58,409 nt of DNA from an uncultured Clostridia bacterium (GTDB lineage: Bacteria; CAYTYR01; UBA6262): the NCBI GenBank assembly GCA_964441745.1, contig CAYTYR010000015.1, forward strand, positions 1 through 58,409, written 5' to 3'. Position numbers and translations under genes: made by a program. The notes beneath the pieces are model-generated. The model saw only the letters and a list, made by a program, of their open reading frames with translations, was not told the DNA's origin and ran no database searches. Position 1 is the stretch's first letter. Every line of letters begins with the position of its first letter. Below are positions 37,256 through 47,507 of this stretch, piece after piece.

Positions 37256-40200
37256 CGGCGCGTTGCTCCAGGTCTTTAAGTTTTTTCTTCAGCTCAATGA
37301 TCCGTTTTTCCCGTTCCATCGTCACCTTATTGAACCGGTCCAGTTCATTCATCCGTTTTTGCAGCTCGGCATTCATCCGGGTGCGTTCAGTGATATCACG
37401 GGCCATGGCCAGTATCCCCTTAGGCTGGCCGGCCGGACCGCGCAGGAAGCTAAAAATGACCTCCGCAATAACTATTGAACCGTTCTTATGATTCAATTCT
37501 ATTTCCACGACCCGTGACCGGGAGGCATCTTTCACTCCGGCTTTTTCACGCGTTAATTCTTCCCTAAAAATCGTCATGGCCAGTCCATATGACCGCGGGG
37601 AGAAAGCTTCGGCCATTGACCTTTTCATGGCCTCTTCCACACCATATCCTACCATCCGCGTGATCGAAGGGCTGATATAGGTTGGGTTCATTTGCAGATC
37701 CACGGTCCAAATGACATCTGTCGCATTCTCTGCTAATAAACGGTAACTGTATTCGCTCACCCGCAAGGCTTCCTCCGCCCTCTTGCGCTCAGTTATATCG
37801 CTGGCAAATACGAACATGCGGTCAGTGTCCCGGAGATAGGTAACGCTTATCCAAATATCGATAATGGTCCCGTCTTTTCGTTTATGCCTGGTTTCAAACC
37901 GGTCACTGCCATTCTCTTTTATCTTTTGGATACGGGGTTGGACAGCTTCCGCGTCCTCCATAACCTCCACATCAGCTATTTTCATTTTTAGCAGCTCTGC
38001 CCGGCTATAACCTATCATCTTACAATAAGAATCATTTATCTCAATAATATTGCCCTGCAGATCTGTCATCCAGAATCCGTCAATGGAAGTCTCAATTATG
38101 GCTTTATATTTTTGTTCCTGGGTTTTGCGTTCCGTGATATCAAAGATGGCCCCGTCCAGCCACAATAAAGCGCCTTGATCATCATATATTCCCTGCCCTT
38201 TTTCAGTTACCCAGCGCAGTGTCCCATCCTGATGCAAGAGTCGATATTCAATATTGTATGGGTCCTTCTTCCTGATCTTCTGCTGGATCAGTTCAAAGAC
38301 TGGAGTGCGATCATCAGGATAAATGATGCTATTATAAGAACGTTTTTTGTTGTCGATAAAATCAGCGGCTGGATAACCGGACAAGGCTTCGATAGTATCA
38401 CTAATAAAGTACATGGTCCAATCCGCATCATTGACACAGCGGTACACCGCGCCAGGCAGGTTATTGACCAGGGTGCGATACTGGATCTCGCTTTGTTTGA
38501 GCAATTCTTCGGTCTGTTTGCCGGCCGTAATATCCATGGCAAAACCAACTACCCCAATAATCTCATCTTTATCATTTTTATAAGGGATCTTTTCGGTCTG
38601 GACCCATTTCATTCCTTCTTTGGTTTGCATTGGTTCGACGATGTTCAGCTTGGATTGCCCGGAATCCATCACTGCTTTATCGTCTTGCCAGTATTTTTCA
38701 GCTTCTTCTTGAGGGTATAGTTCGTATAACGACTTGCCTTCCAGTTGTTCTTTCGTCAAGCCCATACTCTTGGCCATAGCCTGGTTGACCCGCACGAATT
38801 TATTGTCTTTGTCTTTATAAAAGATCATGGCTGGCGAAGAGTCCAGGATAGTGCTTAATTCCTGCTGTTGCTTGCTCAGGGCAACTTCGGCTTTTTTGCG
38901 TTCAGTGATATCCTGGTTCACGCCATAAGTTCTGATCGTTTGACCCTGCTTGTCTTTGATAATAAAAAAACGCACGGAAATATAGCCGATATCACCATTA
39001 GCGTCAATCATGCGGTGTTCCAGCTGGTGGCTAAAACCAGGATCAGTAGCTTCGATGGCTTTGCGGGTTTCTATACCCACCAAAGGTACGTCTTCAGGAT
39101 GAACAAAACGTTTTGCATACTCAGCTGACGGCATAGTATAGCCGCCGACTTTTTCAGCAGTAGTATGAAAAATAGCGTAAAAAGAATCTGTAAACGTAAA
39201 TATATCGTTCACCACATCATATTCCCATGGTCCAAGTCGGGCAATACTCACGGCATTGGATAACTGGGCTTCACTGCGCTGCAGAGCAGCCTCGCCTGTT
39301 TTACGTTCGGTAATGTCCCGCACAAAACTTAACATATACTTCTGTCCGCTGATCTCGACCACGCTACCATTGACCTCAACCGGGAGGCGCTGTCCTTCTT
39401 TGGTGATATGCTCTGATTCAAAGAGAGCCTTGCCCTCTTTTAATACCTTGGCTATTCTTCCCGGCGCCAAAGCCGCATTTTCAGGAGAATCTATTTTAGT
39501 TGGTCCCATGGCCAGGAGTTCAGCACGGGTATAATGCAGCATTTGGCAGGCGCTCTGGTTAATATCCACAAACTGGGGATTAACCGGATCCATGGTATGA
39601 AGGTATATAGCTTCAGCCGATCCTTCGATCAGGGAACGGTATTTTTGCTCAGACCCTACTAATTCCTGCCGGACTTTTTCTTCCTCAGTCACATCCCGGA
39701 AGATAGCCGCGACCTTATCGCCCACCTGGTAAATAATATTATGCATATACTGGTCATGTTCTGGATCCTGGTAATGGAGCAGCGGGATTATCTTCATCTC
39801 TCCTGAGCGCGCGCATTCCACAATAGCTTTATAGACATCGGTTTTTTCCATCGCCGGGAAAAACTTTTTAATATCCTGGCCCAGCGCCTCCTGCCGTAGG
39901 AGGTTGTACATCTTTTCCGCCGCGCGGTTCCAATCCGCGACGACTATGTCCCGGCCTTCATTTTTTACTTCATAGAGGGCAAAACCGTCAGACATAGTAT
40001 CAAAAATAGCCCGGTATTGTTCCTCAAAATCAGCTAATTCCTGATTAGCCGATTTCAGTGACAACCAGATGCCCAGGGCGTTGGCTACAGTATCTAATAT
40101 ATTCTGTTCATCCGGCAGTTTAAATGGTTTATTTTCACTGTAATACATCGTAACTTCGCCGGCTTCATTTCCGTTGACAAATAGGGGTGAGGTCAAGCCA

Positions 40201-40781
40201 TATTCAAGATCATCTGAATATTTATTGGTGCTGAAGGTTTCGTCTTCAATGGCCACGAGCGGTACCGCCAGGTGCGGATGGGTCATGGCCGCGACCAGCG
40301 CTTCCAGGACAAAATGAATGGTATGCTCAATAGTGTCGTTTTCCTGCAGTTTTCTGGTGATCAGGGATAAGCTGTTTAATTGGCGCAAGTGCGCCTGCTG
40401 GAGTTGTTCCTGTTCTTTTGGGCTGGTCAAATCGCGGAAAAGGATTAAGATCTTAGTTGGCTTTTTGCCGGCATCAGCCAGCAAAATGGGGGTCAGGGCT
40501 ACCGAAAAAACAGAACCATTCTTACGCCAATATTCCTGCTCGATATTAGCCACATTCTGCTGCGCCAGGGTAGACTCCTGGATGATCTGGCTTTCTTGCT
40601 GGCGCCATTTGGCGGGAGTTAATTCACGATGGGTTTTTTGGAGTAGTTCCTCTCTGGTATATCCCAGCATGGACAAAGCCGCCGGATTGGCCCTGATAAT
40701 CTTACCGTGCAGGTCAAGCTCCAGCAGTCCATCATGCATAGTTTCGGAGATAAGTTGGTATATCTCTTTTTCTTCAACCAT
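37242..40781 (-). CDS. Multi-PAS (8 PAS plus GAF-like) protein without an enzymatic output domain
   Basis: Eight PAS/PAC units each ending D(I/V/L)T. C-terminus EREKRIIELKKKL. No HisKA, GGDEF, EAL or HD motifs. Confidence 0.9.
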   Translation of the reverse strand: MVEEKEIYQLISETMHDGLLELDLHGKIIRANPAALSMLGYTREELLQKTHRELTPAKWRQQESQIIQESTLAQQNVANIEQEYWRKNGSVFSVALTPILLADAGKKPTKILILFRDLTSPKEQEQLQQAHLRQLNSLSLITRKLQENDTIEHTIHFVLEALVAAMTHPHLAVPLVAIEDETFSTNKYSDDLEYGLTSPLFVNGNEAGEVTMYYSENKPFKLPDEQNILDTVANALGIWLSLKSANQELADFEEQYRAIFDTMSDGFALYEVKNEGRDIVVADWNRAAEKMYNLLRQEALGQDIKKFFPAMEKTDVYKAIVECARSGEMKIIPLLHYQDPEHDQYMHNIIYQVGDKVAAIFRDVTEEEKVRQELVGSEQKYRSLIEGSAEAIYLHTMDPVNPQFVDINQSACQMLHYTRAELLAMGPTKIDSPENAALAPGRIAKVLKEGKALFESEHITKEGQRLPVEVNGSVVEISGQKYMLSFVRDITERKTGEAALQRSEAQLSNAVSIARLGPWEYDVVNDIFTFTDSFYAIFHTTAEKVGGYTMPSAEYAKRFVHPEDVPLVGIETRKAIEATDPGFSHQLEHRMIDANGDIGYISVRFFIIKDKQGQTIRTYGVNQDITERKKAEVALSKQQQELSTILDSSPAMIFYKDKDNKFVRVNQAMAKSMGLTKEQLEGKSLYELYPQEEAEKYWQDDKAVMDSGQSKLNIVEPMQTKEGMKWVQTEKIPYKNDKDEIIGVVGFAMDITAGKQTEELLKQSEIQYRTLVNNLPGAVYRCVNDADWTMYFISDTIEALSGYPAADFIDNKKRSYNSIIYPDDRTPVFELIQQKIRKKDPYNIEYRLLHQDGTLRWVTEKGQGIYDDQGALLWLDGAIFDITERKTQEQKYKAIIETSIDGFWMTDLQGNIIEINDSYCKMIGYSRAELLKMKIADVEVMEDAEAVQPRIQKIKENGSDRFETRHKRKDGTIIDIWISVTYLRDTDRMFVFASDITERKRAEEALRVSEYSYRLLAENATDVIWTVDLQMNPTYISPSITRMVGYGVEEAMKRSMAEAFSPRSYGLAMTIFREELTREKAGVKDASRSRVVEIELNHKNGSIVIAEVIFSFLRGPAGQPKGILAMARDITERTRMNAELQKRMNELDRFNKVTMEREKRIIELKKKLKDLEQRADGQQ

Positions 40782-40800
40782 TATCGCATCCTATGCCAGG

Positions 40801-40879
40801 AATAAATTCTAAATGATCCCCTGCTGATTCACTTCGTGAATCAAAGACGCGGGGACAGGCAAATTTCAAATGACAAATT
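40801..40879. repeat. Heptamer-type arm interrupted by a GC-closed hairpin
   Basis: AAATTCTAAATGA...CAAATTTCAAATGACAAAT flanks CCCC..GATTCAC-TTC-GTGAATC..GGGG. Confidence 0.55.
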
Positions 40880-40944
40880 AATCTGTGTAATCATCTTTTA
40901 AAACCTGTGTAATCAAGGGCTGCTGAGTTTCTCAGCAAGCCCTT
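40880..40944. repeat. Dispersed element copy C
   Basis: AATCTGTGTAATC at 40880 and AACCTGTGTAATC at 40902 (22 nt period). Hairpin AAGGGCTGCTGAG/CTCAGCAAGCCCTT abuts the glnA stop. Confidence 0.8.
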
Positions 40945-43135
40945 ACATCACAAACAGCATCTCGCGGTATTTCGGCAGGTCCCAATGCTCATCCGCGATC
41001 ACACCTTCCAGATCATCGCTATGCTTGCGGATATGTTCCATCAATGGTTTCAATTCATTGAAATATATTGCGGCTTTTTCTTTCCCTTCCAGGCTTCTAA
41101 CTTTTTCCAGTAATTTTACCAGGATCTGGGTATTTTTACGCAAATAGTAAATTTTATTGGTCACATCAGCCAGGTGCCCTTTTAGATCCTCAAAAGCTTT
41201 TTCATCAATATTCAAGCCAACAGTATTTTTAAGGCCGCTGATCTTTTCCAGATTATTGGCCAACTGGCCCTGGTATTCCAGGCCCGCCGGTACTACTATA
41301 GAATCGACCATTTCCCGCAGTGTGCTAGCTTCAATAGTGAGCACGATATTATACATTTCGACCCAGATATTATACCGCGCCAGCAATTCATCATGGCTTA
41401 ATACGCCTTGTTTTTCAAAAATAGCGATATTGGCCTTTTGGGTAATAGCCGCCAAGGCTTCGGCAGTGGAAGCGACATTGGGCAACCCGCGTTCCGCAGC
41501 TTCATAAATCCATTCCGGAGAATAATTATTCCCCTCAAACCTGATATTTTTCGTTTCCTTAGCCAGTTTGGCAATTACTGCCACCACTGCTGATTCAAAA
41601 TCCTTATTTTTCAGTTCTTGGGCTATCTGGTCAGCAACATAGTTCAGGGAATCAGCGACGATCGTATTGATCACCGTCAATGGCCAGCTGATATTCTGTG
41701 ATGAACCTACAGCCCTGAATTCGAATTTACTGCCGGTAAAAGCAAAAGGTGAAGTCCGGTTGCGGTCGGTAGCGTCTTTGTTGACCTTAGGCAGACGGCC
41801 AACACCAAGGTCAATAATATCTTTTTTAGTAACCTTGTGCGCGGTACCGGCAATAATAGTATCCAGTGCCTTGGTCAGTTGTTCTCCCAGGAAAACTGAG
41901 ACAATCGCCGGCGGCGCTTCATTGGCGCCGAGACGGTGTTCATTGCCAGCTGAAGCAATGCTGGCTCTTAGCAGGTCCGCGTGCTGATGTACCGCCCGCA
42001 GCACCGCTACCAGCACCGCCAGGAATTGCAAATTATCTTCCGGCGTCTGTCCGGGATTAAGCAGGTTATTACCCTGGTCGTCAGCCATAGACCAATTCAC
42101 GTGTTTCCCGCTGCCATTAACGCCGGCAAAAGGTTTCTCGTGCATCAGGCAGACCAGGTTATGGCGCAAGGCCACTTTCTTCATTATTTCCATCAGCAGC
42201 TGGTTATGATCGGCAGCGATATTGGATTCCTCAAAAATAGGGGCAAATTCAAACTGGTGCGGGGCCACTTCATTATGACGGGTGGCAACGGGGATCCCCA
42301 TTTTATAGGCTTCCACCGAAACTTCTTCCATATAGTTCAATACGCGTTCCTTGATCGAACCGAAATACTGGTCCTCCAACTGCTGGCCTTTCGGCGAAGA
42401 AGCGCCGATCAAAGTGCGTCCGGTCAGCATCAGGTCCTGCCTTAATTTGTAATAGTTTTGGTCAATCAGGAAATATTCCTGCTCCGGGCCGCAGGTAGAG
42501 ACGACTTTGTTAATGGTCCGGCGGTCGAATAATTTGAGTAGTTTGATCGCGGCTTTGCTGAGGGCTTCATCGGAACGCAAGAGAGGCAGTTTCTTATCTA
42601 AAGCATAACCATGGTAAGAGACAAAAATACTGGGGATACATAATGTTTTGCCTAGTTGGGTCTCGCTGATAAAAGCCGGGCTGGACGGGTCCCAGGCAGT
42701 ATAACCGCGGGCTTCAAAGGTGCTCCTGATCCCGCCAGACGGGAAACTGGAAGCATCTGGCTCTCCCAGGATCAGCTTGGATCCGGAAAATTTCTCCGTG
42801 ACCTTGCCGGCGCCTTGCAGGGAAATGAAGCTGTCATGCTTTTCCGCGGTCAGGCCGGTCATTGGCTGAAACCAGTGAGCGTAATATATCGCTCCTTTTT
42901 CCACGGCCCAATCTTTCATGGCTCCGGCTATTTCATCAGCCTCTTTCACGCTAATGGTACTGCCGCCGGATAACCAGCGCTTAAAAGAGATAAAAGTCTT
43001 TTTGCCGATCCGTTTCTGCATCTCCTGGACACTGAAAGTATTGGAACCGAAGTACCCGGAAACTTTTTTTGGTTTTTCAACTTTGGCCAAAGGAACACTC
43101 TCGATCTTGTCCACCACTTTTTGCCTGACGCACAT
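40943..43135 (-). CDS. glnA: Glutamine synthetase type III
   Basis: HWFQPMTGLTAEKHDSF, EPDASSFPSGG, HEKPFAGVNGSGKH and DRNRTSPFAFTG motifs; 730 aa. Confidence 0.97.
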   Translation of the reverse strand: MCVRQKVVDKIESVPLAKVEKPKKVSGYFGSNTFSVQEMQKRIGKKTFISFKRWLSGGSTISVKEADEIAGAMKDWAVEKGAIYYAHWFQPMTGLTAEKHDSFISLQGAGKVTEKFSGSKLILGEPDASSFPSGGIRSTFEARGYTAWDPSSPAFISETQLGKTLCIPSIFVSYHGYALDKKLPLLRSDEALSKAAIKLLKLFDRRTINKVVSTCGPEQEYFLIDQNYYKLRQDLMLTGRTLIGASSPKGQQLEDQYFGSIKERVLNYMEEVSVEAYKMGIPVATRHNEVAPHQFEFAPIFEESNIAADHNQLLMEIMKKVALRHNLVCLMHEKPFAGVNGSGKHVNWSMADDQGNNLLNPGQTPEDNLQFLAVLVAVLRAVHQHADLLRASIASAGNEHRLGANEAPPAIVSVFLGEQLTKALDTIIAGTAHKVTKKDIIDLGVGRLPKVNKDATDRNRTSPFAFTGSKFEFRAVGSSQNISWPLTVINTIVADSLNYVADQIAQELKNKDFESAVVAVIAKLAKETKNIRFEGNNYSPEWIYEAAERGLPNVASTAEALAAITQKANIAIFEKQGVLSHDELLARYNIWVEMYNIVLTIEASTLREMVDSIVVPAGLEYQGQLANNLEKISGLKNTVGLNIDEKAFEDLKGHLADVTNKIYYLRKNTQILVKLLEKVRSLEGKEKAAIYFNELKPLMEHIRKHSDDLEGVIADEHWDLPKYREMLFVM

Positions 43136-43164
43136 CGTTCTTACCCTCCCCTATTTATTTTTTT

Positions 43165-43193
43165 ATTATACTTTATTGTCTGGTTAAATGCAA
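43165..43193 (-). promoter_or_regulatory. Sigma70-type promoter of glnA
   Basis: TTGCAT (43193-43188), 17 nt spacer, TATAAT (43170-43165). Confidence 0.65.
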
Positions 43194-43198
43194 GTTCC

Positions 43199-45751
43199 TT
43201 AGACTATTATCTTCTTTTTATAGTTAACCATTTTCAAGATCTCGAACCACAGGATACTAAAGCCCCCGGCCGCCGCGCAGATCACAAAATCAATAAAGTG
43301 CAGCTGCGAAAAATGGAACAATCTTTTCAAGAATGGCACATTCAGGCTCAAGGCCAGGAACAGCGATGCCCCGGCTAACACCAGCCAGGAGGCTGTATTA
43401 GGAGCGCGCAAAGTGGTAAGTATAGGTTTTGACCAGGAACGGTTGGTGAAGATCAGGGCTATATTGGCTACGATCAAGGTCGTAAAGGTCAGGGCCCTGG
43501 CTTCCATCTCTCCCAACCCCCGGAATAAAGCAATGGCATAGACTGCTAAAACCACTACAAAAACCGATAGGCCTTGCAGAACACTGATGCCGATAGTACG
43601 GCGGTTAAACAGCGGTTGTTTAGGATCCCGCGGCGGGCGGTTCATGATCTGCGGTTCTTCCTTTTCCGCTTCAAAGACGATCGAACATGCCGGATCGATG
43701 ATCAATTCCAGGAAAACAATATGTACCGGCAATAGGACCAACGGCCATTTCAGTAGTACCGGTATCAGGGACAACCCGGCGATCGGCACATGGATGGCAA
43801 AAATATAGGCCATGGCTTTTTTAATATTATCAAATATTCTCCGGCCCAGCCGCACCGCGGCCACAATCGAAGAAAAATCATCATCCAGCAACACCAGTCC
43901 GGCAGCTTCCCGGGCTACGTCAGTCCCGCGGCCGCCCATGGCAATGCCGATATGGGCTGATTTAAGGGCCGGGGCGTCATTGACCCCGTCACCGGTCATA
44001 GCCACTATCTCGCCATTGGCTTTCAACGCGTTTACCAGCAATAATTTTTGCTCCGGCATGATCCGGGTAAAGATATTAGTTTTCTTGGTCCGTTCACGTA
44101 ATTCAGCGGAGCTTAATTTTTCCAGCTCCGGTCCGGTGATATAATTATCTGCATCCTGTAAACCGATCTGGCGGGCGATATTCATGGCTGTGCCGGGATA
44201 ATCACCAGTGATCATCACCACGCGAATACCGGCGGTGTAACATTCCTTGATGGATTCAGCGACAGTCGGGCGCACCGGGTCCATCAAGCCGACCAGCCCG
44301 ACAAATTCAAAAGAAAAATCATGCTGTTGCCCCGGAAGCGACTCTTCTTGGAAATGGGATTTAGCCACTCCAATGATCCTTAACCCTTCCTGGGCCAGGG
44401 TATTGATCTGGACACTCAATGCAGACGCTTCTTTATTATTCATATGACACAGGTCTATGATCGCTTCCGGCGAACCTTTAGCCGCGATAATATAATCTTT
44501 ACCGTCCGGTGATTTCCAGACATGGGACATGGCCAGTAATGCCTGCGACAAGGGATATTCCTGGACCAGCGCCCAATTGTGATGTAAATGTTCCGTATCA
44601 GCCAGGGTTTTGGTCCCCAGCTCCCTGATCGCTTTTTCCATGGGGTCAAAAGGGTCATGCTGGCTGGCCAGGATCGCAAATTCCACGATCTCATGGAATT
44701 TTTCCGGCAGTCTTCCTTGATACTCAGGATCCACGGCAAAATATTCGTTTTGGGCGCAGACTTTTCCGACTGTCATTTTATTCATGGTCAGGGTTCCGGT
44801 CTTATCCACACAAAGTACCGTCGCCGCTCCCAAAGTTTCAACAGCCGGGATCCGCCGGGTCAAAACATTTTTTTGGGAAATACGCCAGGCTCCTAAGGCC
44901 AGGAAAATAGTCAGGACCACCGGAAATTCTTCCGGCAGCATGGCCATGGCCAGGGTAATACCTGCCAGGAAACCATGCAGGAAGCTGCCGGTAGTCAAGC
45001 CATAGGCAACAATTACTATGAGACATAAAACCACTCCGAAAATCGCCAGGTTCTTGACTAACTTGCCGGTTTCCTTCTGGAGAGCTGTTTCTTCTTCTTC
45101 CATGGTTTGCAGGGACTTGCCGATCTTACCGATCTCGGTATTCAGGCCTGTACCCTTGACCCGGGCTATCCCCTGTCCGCTCACCACCAGTGTCGCCGAA
45201 TAAACAAAAGGCGTGTCTTCACCTCCGGGCCGGGACATTTCCGCGTCACCTTTTTCCGCGGTCTTACGCACCGGGACTGATTCGCCGGTTAATAAGGATT
45301 CATCTACGGATAGCGCGCTGGACCAGAGAATTATGGCATCAGCCGGTATGCGGTCGCCCTCGGCCAAGACCAGAATATCTTCACGGACCACTTCCCGGCC
45401 GGCGAGACGCCACTGTTTACCGTCCCTGATGACTAAGGCCCTGGGACTGGAGATATCGCGCAATGCTTCTAAAGCCCGCTCAGTCTTGCGTTCCTGATAA
45501 AGGGTAATACCCATTACCACAAAAACAAAACCCAGCAGCATCAATGCTTCCTGTTTGTCCCCCAACAACCAATAGATTATGCCGCAGGCCACTAACAAGA
45601 GGAACATTGGCTCTTTAAATACTTCATACGCAATACGCCAAATACTACGCCGGCGGCTGGAAGGTAACTCGTTATAACCCTCTGCCTCTAACCTGGATTG
45701 CGCTTCTTTTTGGGAAAGTCCGGTTATATTTTTTATTTCACTGTAATCCAT
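43199..45751 (-). CDS. Cation-translocating P-type ATPase (type II-like)
   Basis: TGES, PEE, DKTGTLT, TGD and GDGVNDAPAL motifs. Confidence 0.96.
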   Translation of the reverse strand: MDYSEIKNITGLSQKEAQSRLEAEGYNELPSSRRRSIWRIAYEVFKEPMFLLLVACGIIYWLLGDKQEALMLLGFVFVVMGITLYQERKTERALEALRDISSPRALVIRDGKQWRLAGREVVREDILVLAEGDRIPADAIILWSSALSVDESLLTGESVPVRKTAEKGDAEMSRPGGEDTPFVYSATLVVSGQGIARVKGTGLNTEIGKIGKSLQTMEEEETALQKETGKLVKNLAIFGVVLCLIVIVAYGLTTGSFLHGFLAGITLAMAMLPEEFPVVLTIFLALGAWRISQKNVLTRRIPAVETLGAATVLCVDKTGTLTMNKMTVGKVCAQNEYFAVDPEYQGRLPEKFHEIVEFAILASQHDPFDPMEKAIRELGTKTLADTEHLHHNWALVQEYPLSQALLAMSHVWKSPDGKDYIIAAKGSPEAIIDLCHMNNKEASALSVQINTLAQEGLRIIGVAKSHFQEESLPGQQHDFSFEFVGLVGLMDPVRPTVAESIKECYTAGIRVVMITGDYPGTAMNIARQIGLQDADNYITGPELEKLSSAELRERTKKTNIFTRIMPEQKLLLVNALKANGEIVAMTGDGVNDAPALKSAHIGIAMGGRGTDVAREAAGLVLLDDDFSSIVAAVRLGRRIFDNIKKAMAYIFAIHVPIAGLSLIPVLLKWPLVLLPVHIVFLELIIDPACSIVFEAEKEEPQIMNRPPRDPKQPLFNRRTIGISVLQGLSVFVVVLAVYAIALFRGLGEMEARALTFTTLIVANIALIFTNRSWSKPILTTLRAPNTASWLVLAGASLFLALSLNVPFLKRLFHFSQLHFIDFVICAAAGGFSILWFEILKMVNYKKKIIV

Positions 45752-45774
45752 TGCTTGCGTTTCCTCTCAATCTT

Positions 45775-46584
45775 CTACTTTCTTATTTTGCGATAAAGGA
45801 AAGAACCGGCAAATAAGGCCAGGCCAACCAGGACAATGGTGGCTCCGCTGGGCCAGTCCAGGAAGAACGAAAGCATAATACCGGTCCAGACTGAAACCAC
45901 CGCCACTATCACCGCCAGCAGCATAGTCATCTTAAAGCCTTTGGCTATTTGCAGCGCGGTAACTGATGGCAAGATCAGTAAGGCTGAGACCAGCATAATG
46001 CCCACTACCTTCATGGCCAGGACTACGGTGATGGCTGTCAAAACCACCAGCATCTTATTGACTGCTTTGGTGTTGATGCCTTCAGCCTGGGCGCATTCCT
46101 CATCAAACGTGACTGCCACCAAGTCATAGTAATAAAAAGCTACCAGTATAATAACTATCGCCGCCAGGCTGATAGACATCCATACTTCAGCCTTGGTGAT
46201 AGCCAGGATATTACCAAACAGGTAACTGAACAGGTCAATATTAAAGCCTTTGGTGATGCTCACCAACAGTATCCCGATAGCAATGCCCAGGGCCGAAACT
46301 ATACCGATCGCCGCATCACCGTAAAGGTGCTGCGCTTCGGTCAGCTTCATGATCCCTAAAGAACTAAGAACCACCAGAGGCAAAGCTATATACACTGGAG
46401 TGACATTAAAAAATAAACCTATCGCTAAAGCGCCAAAAGTCACATGCGACAATCCATCACCGATCAGGGACAAGCGGCGCAAAACTAAAAATACCCCCAG
46501 AATAGCGCATAAGGCCGCGATAAACGAACCGGCAATGACTGCCCGCTGCATAAAGCCGTAACTTAGGAAGTGAAATAGGTTCAT
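45775..46584 (-). CDS. znuB: Zn/Mn ABC transporter permease
   Basis: GDGLSH, SYLFGNI and VGIMLVSALLILP motifs. Confidence 0.9.
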   Translation of the reverse strand: MNLFHFLSYGFMQRAVIAGSFIAALCAILGVFLVLRRLSLIGDGLSHVTFGALAIGLFFNVTPVYIALPLVVLSSLGIMKLTEAQHLYGDAAIGIVSALGIAIGILLVSITKGFNIDLFSYLFGNILAITKAEVWMSISLAAIVIILVAFYYYDLVAVTFDEECAQAEGINTKAVNKMLVVLTAITVVLAMKVVGIMLVSALLILPSVTALQIAKGFKMTMLLAVIVAVVSVWTGIMLSFFLDWPSGATIVLVGLALFAGSFLYRKIRK

Positions 46585-46621
46585 TGGAAATCCTTGACCA
46601 GAGTAATTTGGGTGTTGGGTT

Positions 46622-46717
46622 AGGAAGTAAGTTTGGTCTGAAGTCTAGAGGTGTTAGTCTCTAAACCAAAACCTTCAGACCCACCTCCATACCTACCTCT
46701 AAAACCAACGACTTCCT
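46622..46717. repeat. Imperfect palindromic insert between znuC and znuB
   Basis: AGGAAGT..TTGGT..GGTCTGAAG..TAGAG pairs with CTCTA..CTTCAGACC..ACCAA..ACTTCCT. Confidence 0.5.
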
Positions 46718-46727
46718 TCTGATTTAA

Positions 46728-47507
46728 TTATCCCTTTTGAACATTCTTCGGCCCATCATGCCGATGGCAGATCAGATGCTGGGCATATTCACCGAAATAC
46801 TCGGTGATGTCCAGGGAGGAACAAAAATTATCAAAGCTGCCGTAAAAGATGATCTTTTTATCCAGGTACAGCATTTTTGCCGCGTATTTCCCGATCGTGC
46901 CTATATCATGCGTGATCAGCAAAATAGTCACTTTTCTTTTTTCATTGAATTCTTTCAGCACCGCGTAAAATCTTTCCCTGGTTTCCGGATCCAGAGCGGT
47001 AGTCGGTTCATCCAGGATCAATAATTCCGGTTCCCCGGCAATAGCCCTGGCCACCATCGCGCGCTGCTGCTGCCCGCCTGACAATTCACTGATCAGTTTA
47101 TTCTTAAGGTTCCTGATCTCGAGCAGGGCTAACGCTTTATCGATCGCGACTTCATCGGTGCGGGAGATCTGCTTGGGGAATTTTTTCCCCGCTAAAAGGC
47201 CAAATGATACTACTTCCCTGACGGTAGCTGGGAAGTGCGGATTGAAAGAGGTTAGTTTCTGCGGTAAATAACCTATCCTTTGCCACTCTTTAAACTGGGC
47301 TTGCCTGGTGCCCAAAATACTGATCTCCCCCTGGGTTGGCGGGACCAATCCCAGGATAGTCCGGACCAGGGTGGTTTTGCCGGAACCATTAGGACCGACT
47401 ATACCGATATAATCACCAGCCTGCGCAGTGAAAGAGATCCCGCTCAACACTTCATTGGCCTGGTATTTAACACTGACCTGGTCCACGGCTAAAGAAATTA
47501 CTGGCAT
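46728..47507 (-). CDS. znuC: Zn/Mn ABC transporter ATP-binding protein
   Basis: GPNGSGKT, LSGGQQQR and LDEPT motifs; C-terminal HLICHRH. Confidence 0.92.
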   Translation of the reverse strand: MPVISLAVDQVSVKYQANEVLSGISFTAQAGDYIGIVGPNGSGKTTLVRTILGLVPPTQGEISILGTRQAQFKEWQRIGYLPQKLTSFNPHFPATVREVVSFGLLAGKKFPKQISRTDEVAIDKALALLEIRNLKNKLISELSGGQQQRAMVARAIAGEPELLILDEPTTALDPETRERFYAVLKEFNEKRKVTILLITHDIGTIGKYAAKMLYLDKKIIFYGSFDNFCSSLDITEYFGEYAQHLICHRHDGPKNVQKG

